Positions 8,564-15,647 of a stretch of DNA of 32,000 nt are shown piece after piece (position 1 is the stretch's first letter; each line of letters begins with the position of its first letter). The translations under genes and the position numbers were made by a program. The DNA lies in NCBI RefSeq assembly GCF_004102945.1, contig NZ_CP019384.1:1380001-1412000 (forward strand). The letters are read 5' to 3'. Below the pieces are notes generated by a model. It saw only the letters and a program-made list of their open reading frames with translations. It ran no database searches and was not told the DNA's origin. Origin of the DNA: Candidatus Velamenicoccus archaeovorus (lineage in GTDB: Bacteria; Omnitrophota; Gorgyraeia; Velamenicoccales; Velamenicoccaceae).

Positions 8564-8615
8564 AACCCATATTCCCCGGACTAAAGGACGGAGCTTTAGG
8601 CCGCGCAGAGTCAAA
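8564..8615 (+). repeat. Short copy of a dispersed element (aacccatattccccgg ... ggagctttaggccgcgcagagtcaaa)
   Basis: Both end blocks recur at 19152-19167 and 19230-19255. Here they are 10 nt apart; there they are 62 nt apart. Confidence 0.8.
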
Positions 8616-8839
8616 AAAATGGGAATCTCCTCTGGCGCAGACGGCAGCCAAGCGATATGATATTTGCGAAGCTCCTGCGGCACGCCTGCCTGTTCGTCTC
8701 AAGACAAGCAGGCAGATCCGGTCGGCGGCTTCTTTTTTCTCGTTGGATAGCGAAAACCTGCGCCAAACCTTCGTCCCCGGACAGCCTAGAATCCGGGGCT
8801 TTCGGGTACATGGCAAAAGACGGTCATAAAGGAGGAAAC

Positions 8840-9394
8840 ATGAAAAAGCATGCCTTGGTCATCCTGCTGTGTTGTGTCGGTTTTCTTGTCGCGCCCCTTG
8901 CATTTGCCGCCGGCAACAAGATGGGCGGATGTCCCATGATGCAGAAAATGGACAAGATGGGACCGGAAGAGGAATTCTATCTCAGGGCCTTTTTCCTTTT
9001 GTCCCATGCCGATGAGATCGGACTTAGCGACGACCAGCTCGAAAAGATCGGGGCCCTCAAGCTGAAGATCAAGAAGAGCCTGATCATGGAAGACGCGCAA
9101 ATCGAAACGCTGGCGCTCGATATCGCCGACGCCCTCAGGCAAGACCAGCTGGACGCCAAGAAGATCGACGGCCTTGTGGACAAAAAATACGACCTGAAGA
9201 AGCAAAGGACAAAAGAGATCATTCAAGGATACATCGACCTTCGGGACATCTTGACGAAAGACCAACGGGACAAAATGAAAAAAATAAAACCTGCCTCCAT
9301 GATGGGCGGGATGAAAACCATGGGCATGATGAAGATGGGCGGCGGCGCCCCCAAGGAAGACGCCGGCATGATAGGGCAAGAAACCGAACAATGA
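8840..9394 (+). CDS. Periplasmic CpxP/Spy/ZraP-like (LTXXQ) protein with Met-rich ends
   Basis: Track ORF trimmed to the ATG at 8840, after a GGAGGA SD. Signal peptide MKKHALVILLCCVGFLVAPLAFA. LTKDQ motif. Met-rich CPMMQKMDKM and MMGGMKTMGMMKMGG tracts. Confidence 0.7.
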   Translation: MKKHALVILLCCVGFLVAPLAFAAGNKMGGCPMMQKMDKMGPEEEFYLRAFFLLSHADEIGLSDDQLEKIGALKLKIKKSLIMEDAQIETLALDIADALRQDQLDAKKIDGLVDKKYDLKKQRTKEIIQGYIDLRDILTKDQRDKMKKIKPASMMGGMKTMGMMKMGGGAPKEDAGMIGQETEQ

Positions 9395-9410
9395 TCTATC
9401 CCGAACAAAG

Positions 9411-9445
9411 AAAAAATCCGGGCCTTTGACCCGGATTTTTTCTTT
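9411..9445. terminator. Rho-independent terminator (bidirectional, between convergent genes)
   Basis: A6-ATCCGGG-cctttga-CCCGGAT-T7, with an A-run and a T-run flanking a 7-bp GC-rich stem. Confidence 0.6.
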
Positions 9446-9473
9446 TATCCGTTCTCCAAGCCTACGGAAGGCA

Positions 9474-9947
9474 TCAGGCCGCTTTGGGAAGCCTTAACAA
9501 AAGATACATGTTCTTCAAAAGAAGGACGCACCCCGTCAGGCAGAAAACGAGTCCGATGCCAAAAACAACCTCTTCGGCCACGAGGGTATTGAACACCTTG
9601 TGCGGCAGCTTGATCGTTTCGATCGCCACCTCCATGAAAAGCCCGATCAGCAAGTAGTTCAAGCCGTAAAAATGGCAGACGGCATCGGTCCTCTTCTGCC
9701 CGTCATCCAGATATTGCGGATAAAGCTTGAAGAACTTCATCAACGTATCCCTCTCTTCCAGGGCCACGCCGTAAGCCACAAAAATCGTCGCGATCCCGTC
9801 GAGGAGATTTTCAATAGAGAGCGCATCATTACCGGCCCGGAAAAAAAGGATAAACGCATCATAGACCACCCCGAGGGTGATGAAAAACAGAAGGCCGTTC
9901 AAAAAAATAATGGTCCGCCTGTGGGTCAGCGCCAGGGGAATATTCAC
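9474..9947 (-). CDS. Hypothetical membrane protein (157 aa)
   Basis: GTG start 6 nt after an AAGGAGG SD and 27 nt downstream of the mbfA stop. It has 4 hydrophobic segments and no family I recognise. Confidence 0.6.
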   Translation of the reverse strand: MNIPLALTHRRTIIFLNGLLFFITLGVVYDAFILFFRAGNDALSIENLLDGIATIFVAYGVALEERDTLMKFFKLYPQYLDDGQKRTDAVCHFYGLNYLLIGLFMEVAIETIKLPHKVFNTLVAEEVVFGIGLVFCLTGCVLLLKNMYLLLRLPKAA

Positions 9948-9974
9948 AAAAAACCTCCTTATTGTTTGAAAACG

Positions 9975-10841
9975 CTAGACATCGATGCCGAAGACTTTTC
10001 TGATGACCAGGCCGATGGCGAAATTAAGCGCAGCGATAGTCAGGCTCAAGCCCGCCATCTCCAGGAACCTCTTTTTAAAATCGAGGTTTTTGGCGACGGA
10101 GATATAAAAGGTGAACAAAAAGACGATCAAGAGGGCGCCCAACACAACCCAGCTCAGGCAGGCATAAATATTGGAAAAGATGAAATAGGGCAAGACGAGG
10201 ATGGTGACCGTCGCGACATAGGTCAGGCCCGTGTAGATGCTGGCCTTCAGCGGACTCTTCGACGTCTTTTCATGCTTGGTGGAAAGATATTCCGCAGAGG
10301 CCATGGACAAAGACGCTGCAATACCCGTGATCAACCCGACAATGGCGACGAGCCGGGTCTTTTGCAGCGCCAGCGTAAAGCCTACCAGGGCGCCCGTCAA
10401 TTCCACGAGGGCATCATTGAGACCCAGGACCATCGAGCTGACATACTGCAGCCGTTCCTCGTCGATCATGCCCAGGAGCCGTTCTTCGTGGTCTTTCTCG
10501 TCCCGGATGATCCCGTCGATCTCGCAAGAGACGCTCCGCAATTCCCCGTAATAATCCTGGGCGGCATCCTCTCCCGATTCCAACAACCTCAGGGCGAAAT
10601 TTAAACCGAGGGTACGGGCCAGGAAAACAAAAAAGAGGGCCTTCGTCCGGTTCGGCTCGACGCCTTCCCCTGTCAGACCCTTGAAAAAATCGTGGTGCCT
10701 CAATTCTTCGGCTGCGATCTTCTCCAACACCGCCCTGTGGGCCGGGGCCGCGGCCGAAGCCAGCCGGCTGTAGATGACGTGCTCCGTCATCTCGTTGGAC
10801 TGAGCCTTCTTTACCTTCGCCTGTAAAACCGCAGTCAACAT
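9975..10841 (-). CDS. mbfA: Ferritin-like/VIT1 fusion (MbfA/CCC1-type iron transporter)
   Basis: N-terminal erythrin-like helices (EMTEHVIYSRLA ... EELRHHDFF ... DEKDHEERL) are followed by a VIT1-type membrane domain. The start could instead be the upstream GTG at 10892. Confidence 0.8.
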   Translation of the reverse strand: MLTAVLQAKVKKAQSNEMTEHVIYSRLASAAAPAHRAVLEKIAAEELRHHDFFKGLTGEGVEPNRTKALFFVFLARTLGLNFALRLLESGEDAAQDYYGELRSVSCEIDGIIRDEKDHEERLLGMIDEERLQYVSSMVLGLNDALVELTGALVGFTLALQKTRLVAIVGLITGIAASLSMASAEYLSTKHEKTSKSPLKASIYTGLTYVATVTILVLPYFIFSNIYACLSWVVLGALLIVFLFTFYISVAKNLDFKKRFLEMAGLSLTIAALNFAIGLVIRKVFGIDV

Positions 10842-10928
10842 CTTTTCGTACCGCCTTCCTTTGCCGTCATGCTGCAAATTTTCTGTCCCCACGGGGATAG
10901 GGGTAAAAACGGCCTGCGCCTCTCTTTC

Positions 10929-10967
10929 TATTTAACGCAGAAAAAGACGCATGTCAACACATGACAT
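10929..10967 (-). promoter_or_regulatory. Candidate mbfA promoter with palindrome over the -35
   Basis: Minus strand reads TTGACA (10957-10952), a 17-nt spacer, then TAAATA (10934-10929). The palindrome ATGTCA-N5-TGACAT (10951-10967) covers the -35. Confidence 0.35.
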
Positions 10968-11009
10968 CCAGGCAAGGACGCTGGGACAAAACGGCGGAAA
11001 ACAGGACAT

Positions 11010-11864
11010 TCACGCCTGACGGCTTAATCTTTCCTCGAGAAGGGGTATGACGTTGCCGGAAAGCAGGAATGTCTTGATCTTGTCGCTGCGGGAAAGCTCG
11101 TGCCTTTTTGGCAAGAGTTCTTGGGAAAGTCTGTCGGCAAGCAGATCTTTCTGAAGGGCGAAATCGGCGGCATCCATCCGCCGGGCTTCTTCGAATGCCT
11201 CTAAAACCTTAAACCGCAAAACCGCCTCTTCTTCACCGGTGACAGCCCTCCTGTTTTTCAACTGTCCGATGGCGCGCGCGGCCAATTCATTTTTCCTGCG
11301 CTGGAAAGTCTCGGAAGACATGCGTTGCGCACGTTCCAGCAAACGGCAGACGCCGTCCGAAGAACTCGCCTGGCCGATACGGCCCTGCGAAACAATAGGG
11401 ATGACGCAAGGACGGTAAGCATCCAGGGCCGCAAGCTGATAGGGTTCCAGCCGCCCTTCCACTTCCGCGGCAATCTCCTCAACCCGGGCCTGCGCCTGAC
11501 GAAGCGCGCCCTCTGCTTCCGTCTTGATCTTATGAAAATGCCTGGCGTCTTCCTTTTCTATGACGACACGGCCCTCCTGGACCTGTTCCTTGATGGCGGC
11601 ATAAGAATCCGTCAGGCCTGCCTCGGCCGATGCCATTTTCTGTTGCGCGCTGTCGCGAAGCTGTTGGGCTTCCCTGGCCTTTGAGATAATAAATGCCGCC
11701 TGGTCCCTGGACAGCTCCAGACCATTCAAAAGGTTAAGGATCTGGATATCTTCACGCAACTCTCGAGAATTCCGCTCCCCCTCCCGGATGCAATAACCTG
11801 GCGCCGGCAAGGACAATTCCAGGATGCAGGCAAAAACCAGCATAACGACCATAACATATCTCAT
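11010..11864 (-). CDS. Secreted coiled-coil protein, hypothetical
   Basis: Signal-like N-terminus MRYVMVVMLVFACILELSLPAPGYC. The rest is E/R/A/Q-rich helical sequence with an LSRDQ (LTXXQ-like) motif. Confidence 0.6.
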   Translation of the reverse strand: MRYVMVVMLVFACILELSLPAPGYCIREGERNSRELREDIQILNLLNGLELSRDQAAFIISKAREAQQLRDSAQQKMASAEAGLTDSYAAIKEQVQEGRVVIEKEDARHFHKIKTEAEGALRQAQARVEEIAAEVEGRLEPYQLAALDAYRPCVIPIVSQGRIGQASSSDGVCRLLERAQRMSSETFQRRKNELAARAIGQLKNRRAVTGEEEAVLRFKVLEAFEEARRMDAADFALQKDLLADRLSQELLPKRHELSRSDKIKTFLLSGNVIPLLEERLSRQA

Positions 11865-11897
11865 AAATCCTCCTCATCCCCTTAGACGTCGGACCCC

Positions 11898-11940
11898 AAA
11901 AAAAGTTTACCCCGTCAGAAACATTATTTTCTGACGGGGT
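11898..11940 (-). terminator. Rho-independent terminator after rlpA
   Basis: Minus strand has a CCCCGTCAGAAA...TTTCTGACGGGG stem followed by TAAACTTTTTTT. Confidence 0.55.
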
Positions 11941-11975
11941 CCTGTCGCCTGCGGAAATCCTTATCGAAAAACAGG

Positions 11976-12368
11976 CTATTCTTTTGCGACGATCTCCATT
12001 TTGACGGGGGCCAACCCCTTCTCAAGCATGCCCATCTGCCGGGCCGCAGCCCGGGACAAATCTATGACGCGGCCGGGGATATAGGGCCCACGATCGTTGA
12101 TCCTCACGGTCACTTGGCGGCCGTTTCTCAGGTTTGTGACCCTGACAAGGGTGCCCATGGCCAAGCGTCTGTGGGCTGCCGTCATCTTCTCCGGATCAAA
12201 AACCTCGCCGTCGGCCGTCTTCTTGCCCATAAAACGCTTCCCATACCATGAGGCGATGCCGGTCATGCTGTAAAGATCGTGGAACTCCATGAGGCCGTAG
12301 ACAAAGAGGACAACAGCCGTCGTCACAAAAACAATCTTCTGCTCTTCGGAAAAACGGATAAAAATCAT
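11976..12368 (-). CDS. rlpA: RlpA-like septal lytic transglycosylase (DPBB domain)
   Basis: ASWYGKRFMGKKTADGEVFDPEKMTAAHRRLAMGTLVRVTNLRNGRQVTVRINDRGPY is a canonical RlpA core. Confidence 0.85.
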   Translation of the reverse strand: MIFIRFSEEQKIVFVTTAVVLFVYGLMEFHDLYSMTGIASWYGKRFMGKKTADGEVFDPEKMTAAHRRLAMGTLVRVTNLRNGRQVTVRINDRGPYIPGRVIDLSRAAARQMGMLEKGLAPVKMEIVAKE

Positions 12369-12380
12369 AGCCCCATGACC

Positions 12381-13487
12381 CTATGGATTTTTACTGCCGA
12401 TAACGGCGCGGCCAAGGGCTGGATGTTCCTCCACGCTGCCGTAGTGAAAAACACAAAAGCCGCCGCTGCCCGACTCCGCGCAAAACCGCATCTGGCGGAC
12501 AAGGATCCAGGGCGAGGCCGCTAATTTATATGCCGGCACCCCCACCATGACCTTCGTGAAATCAGCAACCTTGCTTTTGGCGTTGCGGACGGATTTTTCG
12601 AACTCCTCCGCATCCGGAGAATAACTCATGAATGTCACGAAATCCACAAGCCCTGTCTTCACCCACGACGGCCAATCCTGGAAAGCCTCGGCGTATGCCC
12701 GGATATAGGGGGCGCAACCCGTGGCAGCCACGCCGATGCCCGGCCGCATCGCGCGCGTTTTTTCAACGAGCTCCCGCAACAGCTCCGTCACCTGAGTCCG
12801 CTTCCACGCCTGCCAGGCCGGATCGTTTTTTCCCGCGATTTCGCGCCCGGTCGCCTTGCGAAAACGCTCCATATTCATAGGCGTATAGCCATAATCAGGG
12901 CTGGGATCGGGATAGCGCACATAATCAAAAAGGATGCCATCCAGCTCGGGGTAGGCGGTCAAGATCTCCCCGACGATTCCCGCAAGCTCCCGGCGGACCC
13001 TCAGGTCTCCCGGCTCCAGGAAATACTGGCTGTCGATCCTGTAATCCTGCAGCTTCTTCTTGGCATTGAGGTTCCTCGTGAGGATCTCGGGCCCATACTT
13101 GTTGAGGAGCCTGGCGTTCTTATTATTGCTGAGGCTCAGCATATTAAGCCACGCATACACACGGATACCGGCTCGATGGGCCTGTTTCATCAAGAGTTTA
13201 AGAGGATCTTCGGAAAGGCGGCGTCTGGCATCGTCATAAGGAGCAGGATCTGCTATGGTCGAGGGAAACCAGGCTTGGTTGGCGCGGTAAATCTGCACAA
13301 AGAGGATATCCGTGCGTGCCTCTTTGGCAAAATCGATGAGACGGGTTATCTCCTGGCGGCTGGAAAGAACAGGCGGGTCTTGCAAGACAGTGACAAAAAG
13401 ACAGCGCTGAAAGGCATCTTCGCCGGCCGCAAAAGACGGGCAAAGAAAAAAGACACAGAAAGTAAATAACAAAAATTTTTGTCTCAT
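12381..13487 (-). CDS. Glycosyl-hydrolase-like 10 (GHL10/YngK/DUF187-type) exported protein
   Basis: Track ORF trimmed to the ATG at 13487, giving the signal peptide MRQKFLLFTFCVFFLCPSFAAG. The TIM-barrel-like pattern (ILFVQIY..., RVYAWLN, DGILFDYVRYP) is typical of GHL10. Confidence 0.7.
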   Translation of the reverse strand: MRQKFLLFTFCVFFLCPSFAAGEDAFQRCLFVTVLQDPPVLSSRQEITRLIDFAKEARTDILFVQIYRANQAWFPSTIADPAPYDDARRRLSEDPLKLLMKQAHRAGIRVYAWLNMLSLSNNKNARLLNKYGPEILTRNLNAKKKLQDYRIDSQYFLEPGDLRVRRELAGIVGEILTAYPELDGILFDYVRYPDPSPDYGYTPMNMERFRKATGREIAGKNDPAWQAWKRTQVTELLRELVEKTRAMRPGIGVAATGCAPYIRAYAEAFQDWPSWVKTGLVDFVTFMSYSPDAEEFEKSVRNAKSKVADFTKVMVGVPAYKLAASPWILVRQMRFCAESGSGGFCVFHYGSVEEHPALGRAVIGSKNP

Positions 13488-13539
13488 TGGAGGCCTACCT
13501 GTAACGCCCCGGACCCTGCCTGTCACAAACTCCTGCTGA

Positions 13540-13956
13540 TCACGAAGGGTGTCGTCTGAACGGCCCCTTTGTCTTTGTGCCCCGTGGCAGAATGTTCCTC
13601 TCTCCCTGTTTGCGCTGTTCGATCTCGACATGTAGCTGTTTGCAGATGATACTCTCTGCTTCTGCCCTCGTCTCGGCCACCTTAAGAAGCTCTTCCTGTA
13701 ATCTGATTCTCTCGCCCGTTTCTTTCTTTAACTCGATCCACCGGCGCCAGGAATAGACGGCGAACCCGATGCTGATGGACAAGAGGGTCATGACGACCTC
13801 GTCCACATAGATGATATGCCGGGGGTGTCTTTCCAGGAATCTCACGATAAAGATGAAGATATCGAAATAATACGAAAGGATAAAGACCAAAAAGGCGAAG
13901 AAAAAAAGAAAAAGCAGGTCTTTGCGGGCGTTTGTCGTCATTATTATTTTTTTCAT
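13540..13956 (-). CDS. Hypothetical membrane protein with C-terminal coiled coil
   Basis: 138 aa with three hydrophobic segments, then ELKKETGERIRLQEELLKVAETRAEAE. A weak GAGG SD is present. Confidence 0.5.
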   Translation of the reverse strand: MKKIIMTTNARKDLLFLFFFAFLVFILSYYFDIFIFIVRFLERHPRHIIYVDEVVMTLLSISIGFAVYSWRRWIELKKETGERIRLQEELLKVAETRAEAESIICKQLHVEIEQRKQGERNILPRGTKTKGPFRRHPS

Positions 13957-13983
13957 GGGGGCAACCTCAAGAAATGTCCGCCG

Positions 13984-14232
13984 TCATTTACATGTACATG
14001 CCAACTTGCAGAGAGAAACTCCGACCATGGCATAAGCCACAAGCCTGGCGGTTAAGATGACAACCAAGCTGCCCGGGAATACGACGGCACTCAAAAGATG
14101 CGAGATGCCGAAAAGCCCGAAAGCAATACCGATATAAAAAGACGCCTTGATCTTGCTCTTGCGGTAAACAATAAGGCCGACGACCCAGATGATGCCGCAA
14201 AGAAGTGCATTGATCCCGCTGACAATATGCAT
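13984..14232 (-). CDS. Small membrane protein (82 aa)
   Basis: AAGGAGGGAG SD immediately upstream of the ATG, and 3 hydrophobic segments. Preferred over the overlapping 13988-14269 frame, which is R/C/Q-rich. Confidence 0.6.
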   Translation of the reverse strand: MHIVSGINALLCGIIWVVGLIVYRKSKIKASFYIGIAFGLFGISHLLSAVVFPGSLVVILTARLVAYAMVGVSLCKLACTCK

Positions 14233-14332
14233 ACTCCCTCCTTTTTAGTTGGGGGTTATTATACCACAAGGATTCAAAACCCCCTACAGCATGATGCCAT
14301 AGGGGGTCGAAGACAGGGATCGCGCCTATCTT

Positions 14333-14953
14333 TTATCTGCGCGGACTTGAGGCCTTGTTTTTCGGGATCGTGATCGTCAAGATGCCGTCTTTGTATTCCG
14401 TCGTCATCTGGTTGATCCTGGCGTCCTGCGGCAATAGAAACGTGCTCGTAAAATTGCCGGACCGCGATTCCTGGGCATAGAAATTGCGGCCCTTCTCTGT
14501 TCCGCCCTTTGCGGTCTCTCCGGACACGATCAGCTGCCTGCCTTCTGTGCGGACATGGATGTCTTTCTTCTCAAAACCAGGCATGCTGATATTGATGATG
14601 TACGCCTTGTTCTTATCGCGAAAACTCTGGCCTGAAGCGGCCGGCGCAGGAAGGTTCAGAAAATCTTTCTGTTCCGGCCCCGAATAAAAACCGGTGTCCT
14701 GCATGCGCTGCATCCGTTCCCGCATTATCTCCTGCATCCTGTTCATCTCATCAAACGGCTCCCGGGCCCGCATGTCCATCATGAAAGCGGGATTGTTCTC
14801 AAGAGAGCTCGGCATGGGAAACGGTTGATATTGCACGACGACGTTCTTTTGCTGGGCTTTTTCTCCGCTGTGCCTGCCCATCAAATAAGCGTTCTCAAGG
14901 AGAAAAGCCGCCGCCAGCACAATAACCGCCCCTAAAATGATTTTGTTTTTCAT
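14333..14953 (-). CDS. Hsp20/alpha-crystallin family protein with N-terminal signal/anchor and Met-rich linker
   Basis: The C-terminal domain AYIINISMPGFEKKDIHVRTEGRQLIVSGE...FTSTFLLPQDARINQMTTEYKDGILTITIPK is a classic ACD. The N-terminus MKNKIILGAVIVLAAAFLL is hydrophobic. An AAGGAGG SD is present. Confidence 0.8.
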   Translation of the reverse strand: MKNKIILGAVIVLAAAFLLENAYLMGRHSGEKAQQKNVVVQYQPFPMPSSLENNPAFMMDMRAREPFDEMNRMQEIMRERMQRMQDTGFYSGPEQKDFLNLPAPAASGQSFRDKNKAYIINISMPGFEKKDIHVRTEGRQLIVSGETAKGGTEKGRNFYAQESRSGNFTSTFLLPQDARINQMTTEYKDGILTITIPKNKASSPRR

Positions 14954-15540
14954 GCGAACCTCCTTAATTCCGCCTCTGGCGGAATTAGGCCCTCCGCTAT
15001 GTGGTATTGCGGAGGCCTACCCTTTCTGGGTTAACTCCGCAGCGTAGCTAAACAATTTCTGGCTGCCCGTCCGAGCCCTGCGAGGACTGGGTGCAGACAG
15101 AAATTTTTAGCTGTTTACGCAAGGAGTAACGTTTATTTCCTTTAACCTTCCACCTCTGGTGGGATTAGGCCCTCCGCTATGTGGTATTACCTGGCTCAAT
15201 CGGATGAGCCAGTATGCCGCTTTCTGCGGCATGCGGAGGCCTACCCTTTCTGGGTTAACTCCTCCACCCGGCCTAATCGGATAGGCCGGTGTGCCGCTTT
15301 CTGCGGCAGCGTATCTTGAGAATTTATGGCTGCACCTGGCCCCATCTGAAGGGCCACACCTTGCCTTATCTGACCGGCAAGTGCGCCACTTCCTGTGGCG
15401 GTGTTCCGCTTCCTGCGGAACCCGCCCCGTTACAAATGGAATTTGTAACGGGGCCCGTCCGAGCTCTGTGAGGACTGGTTGCAGACATAAATTGTCAAGA
15501 TGCTTACACGAGGAGTAACGTTAATTTCCTTTCTCTAATT
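14954..15540. repeat. ~590-bp chain of REP/BIME-like palindromes and two copies of an ~80-nt element
   Basis: REP-like units at 14986-15035 and 15166-15259. An 80-nt element occurs at 15065-15143 and 15453-15532. A perfect 13-bp-arm palindrome lies at 15425-15453. There are more than 10 further small hairpins. Confidence 0.85.
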
Positions 15541-15612
15541 TTATAAAACCGCTAAAATTTTGGCAACAAAATTTTGAATGCAGCCTTCTTGCGCTTCTTC
15601 GGCATATTCCGT

Positions 15613-15641
15613 TTGTCAATAAAGCCGCTGCGAGCTACAAT
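15613..15641 (+). promoter_or_regulatory. Candidate promoter placing the TSS at or near the SDR start codon (leaderless)
   Basis: TTGTCA (15613-15618), a 17-nt spacer, then TACAAT (15636-15641). The ATG at 15648 is 6 nt after the -10, and there is no SD in between. Confidence 0.4.
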
Positions 15642-15647
15642 TGTCGT

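Noticed and set aside
7737-8564. 275-aa plus-strand ORF, plus overlapping 7793-8134 and 7855-8118 ORFs
   Set aside because: They are antisense to, or out of frame with, the ArsR, Cys-peptide and permease genes. Their composition is P/R/Q-rich.
8786-9391. 201-aa minus-strand ORF
   Set aside because: It is antisense to the CpxP-like gene, which has a signal peptide, an LTXXQ motif and an SD.
9600-10604. 334-aa plus-strand ORF
   Set aside because: It is antisense to mbfA and the 157-aa membrane protein. Its composition is Q/R/D/G/P-rich with no motif, whereas the minus-strand genes have SDs and recognisable domains.
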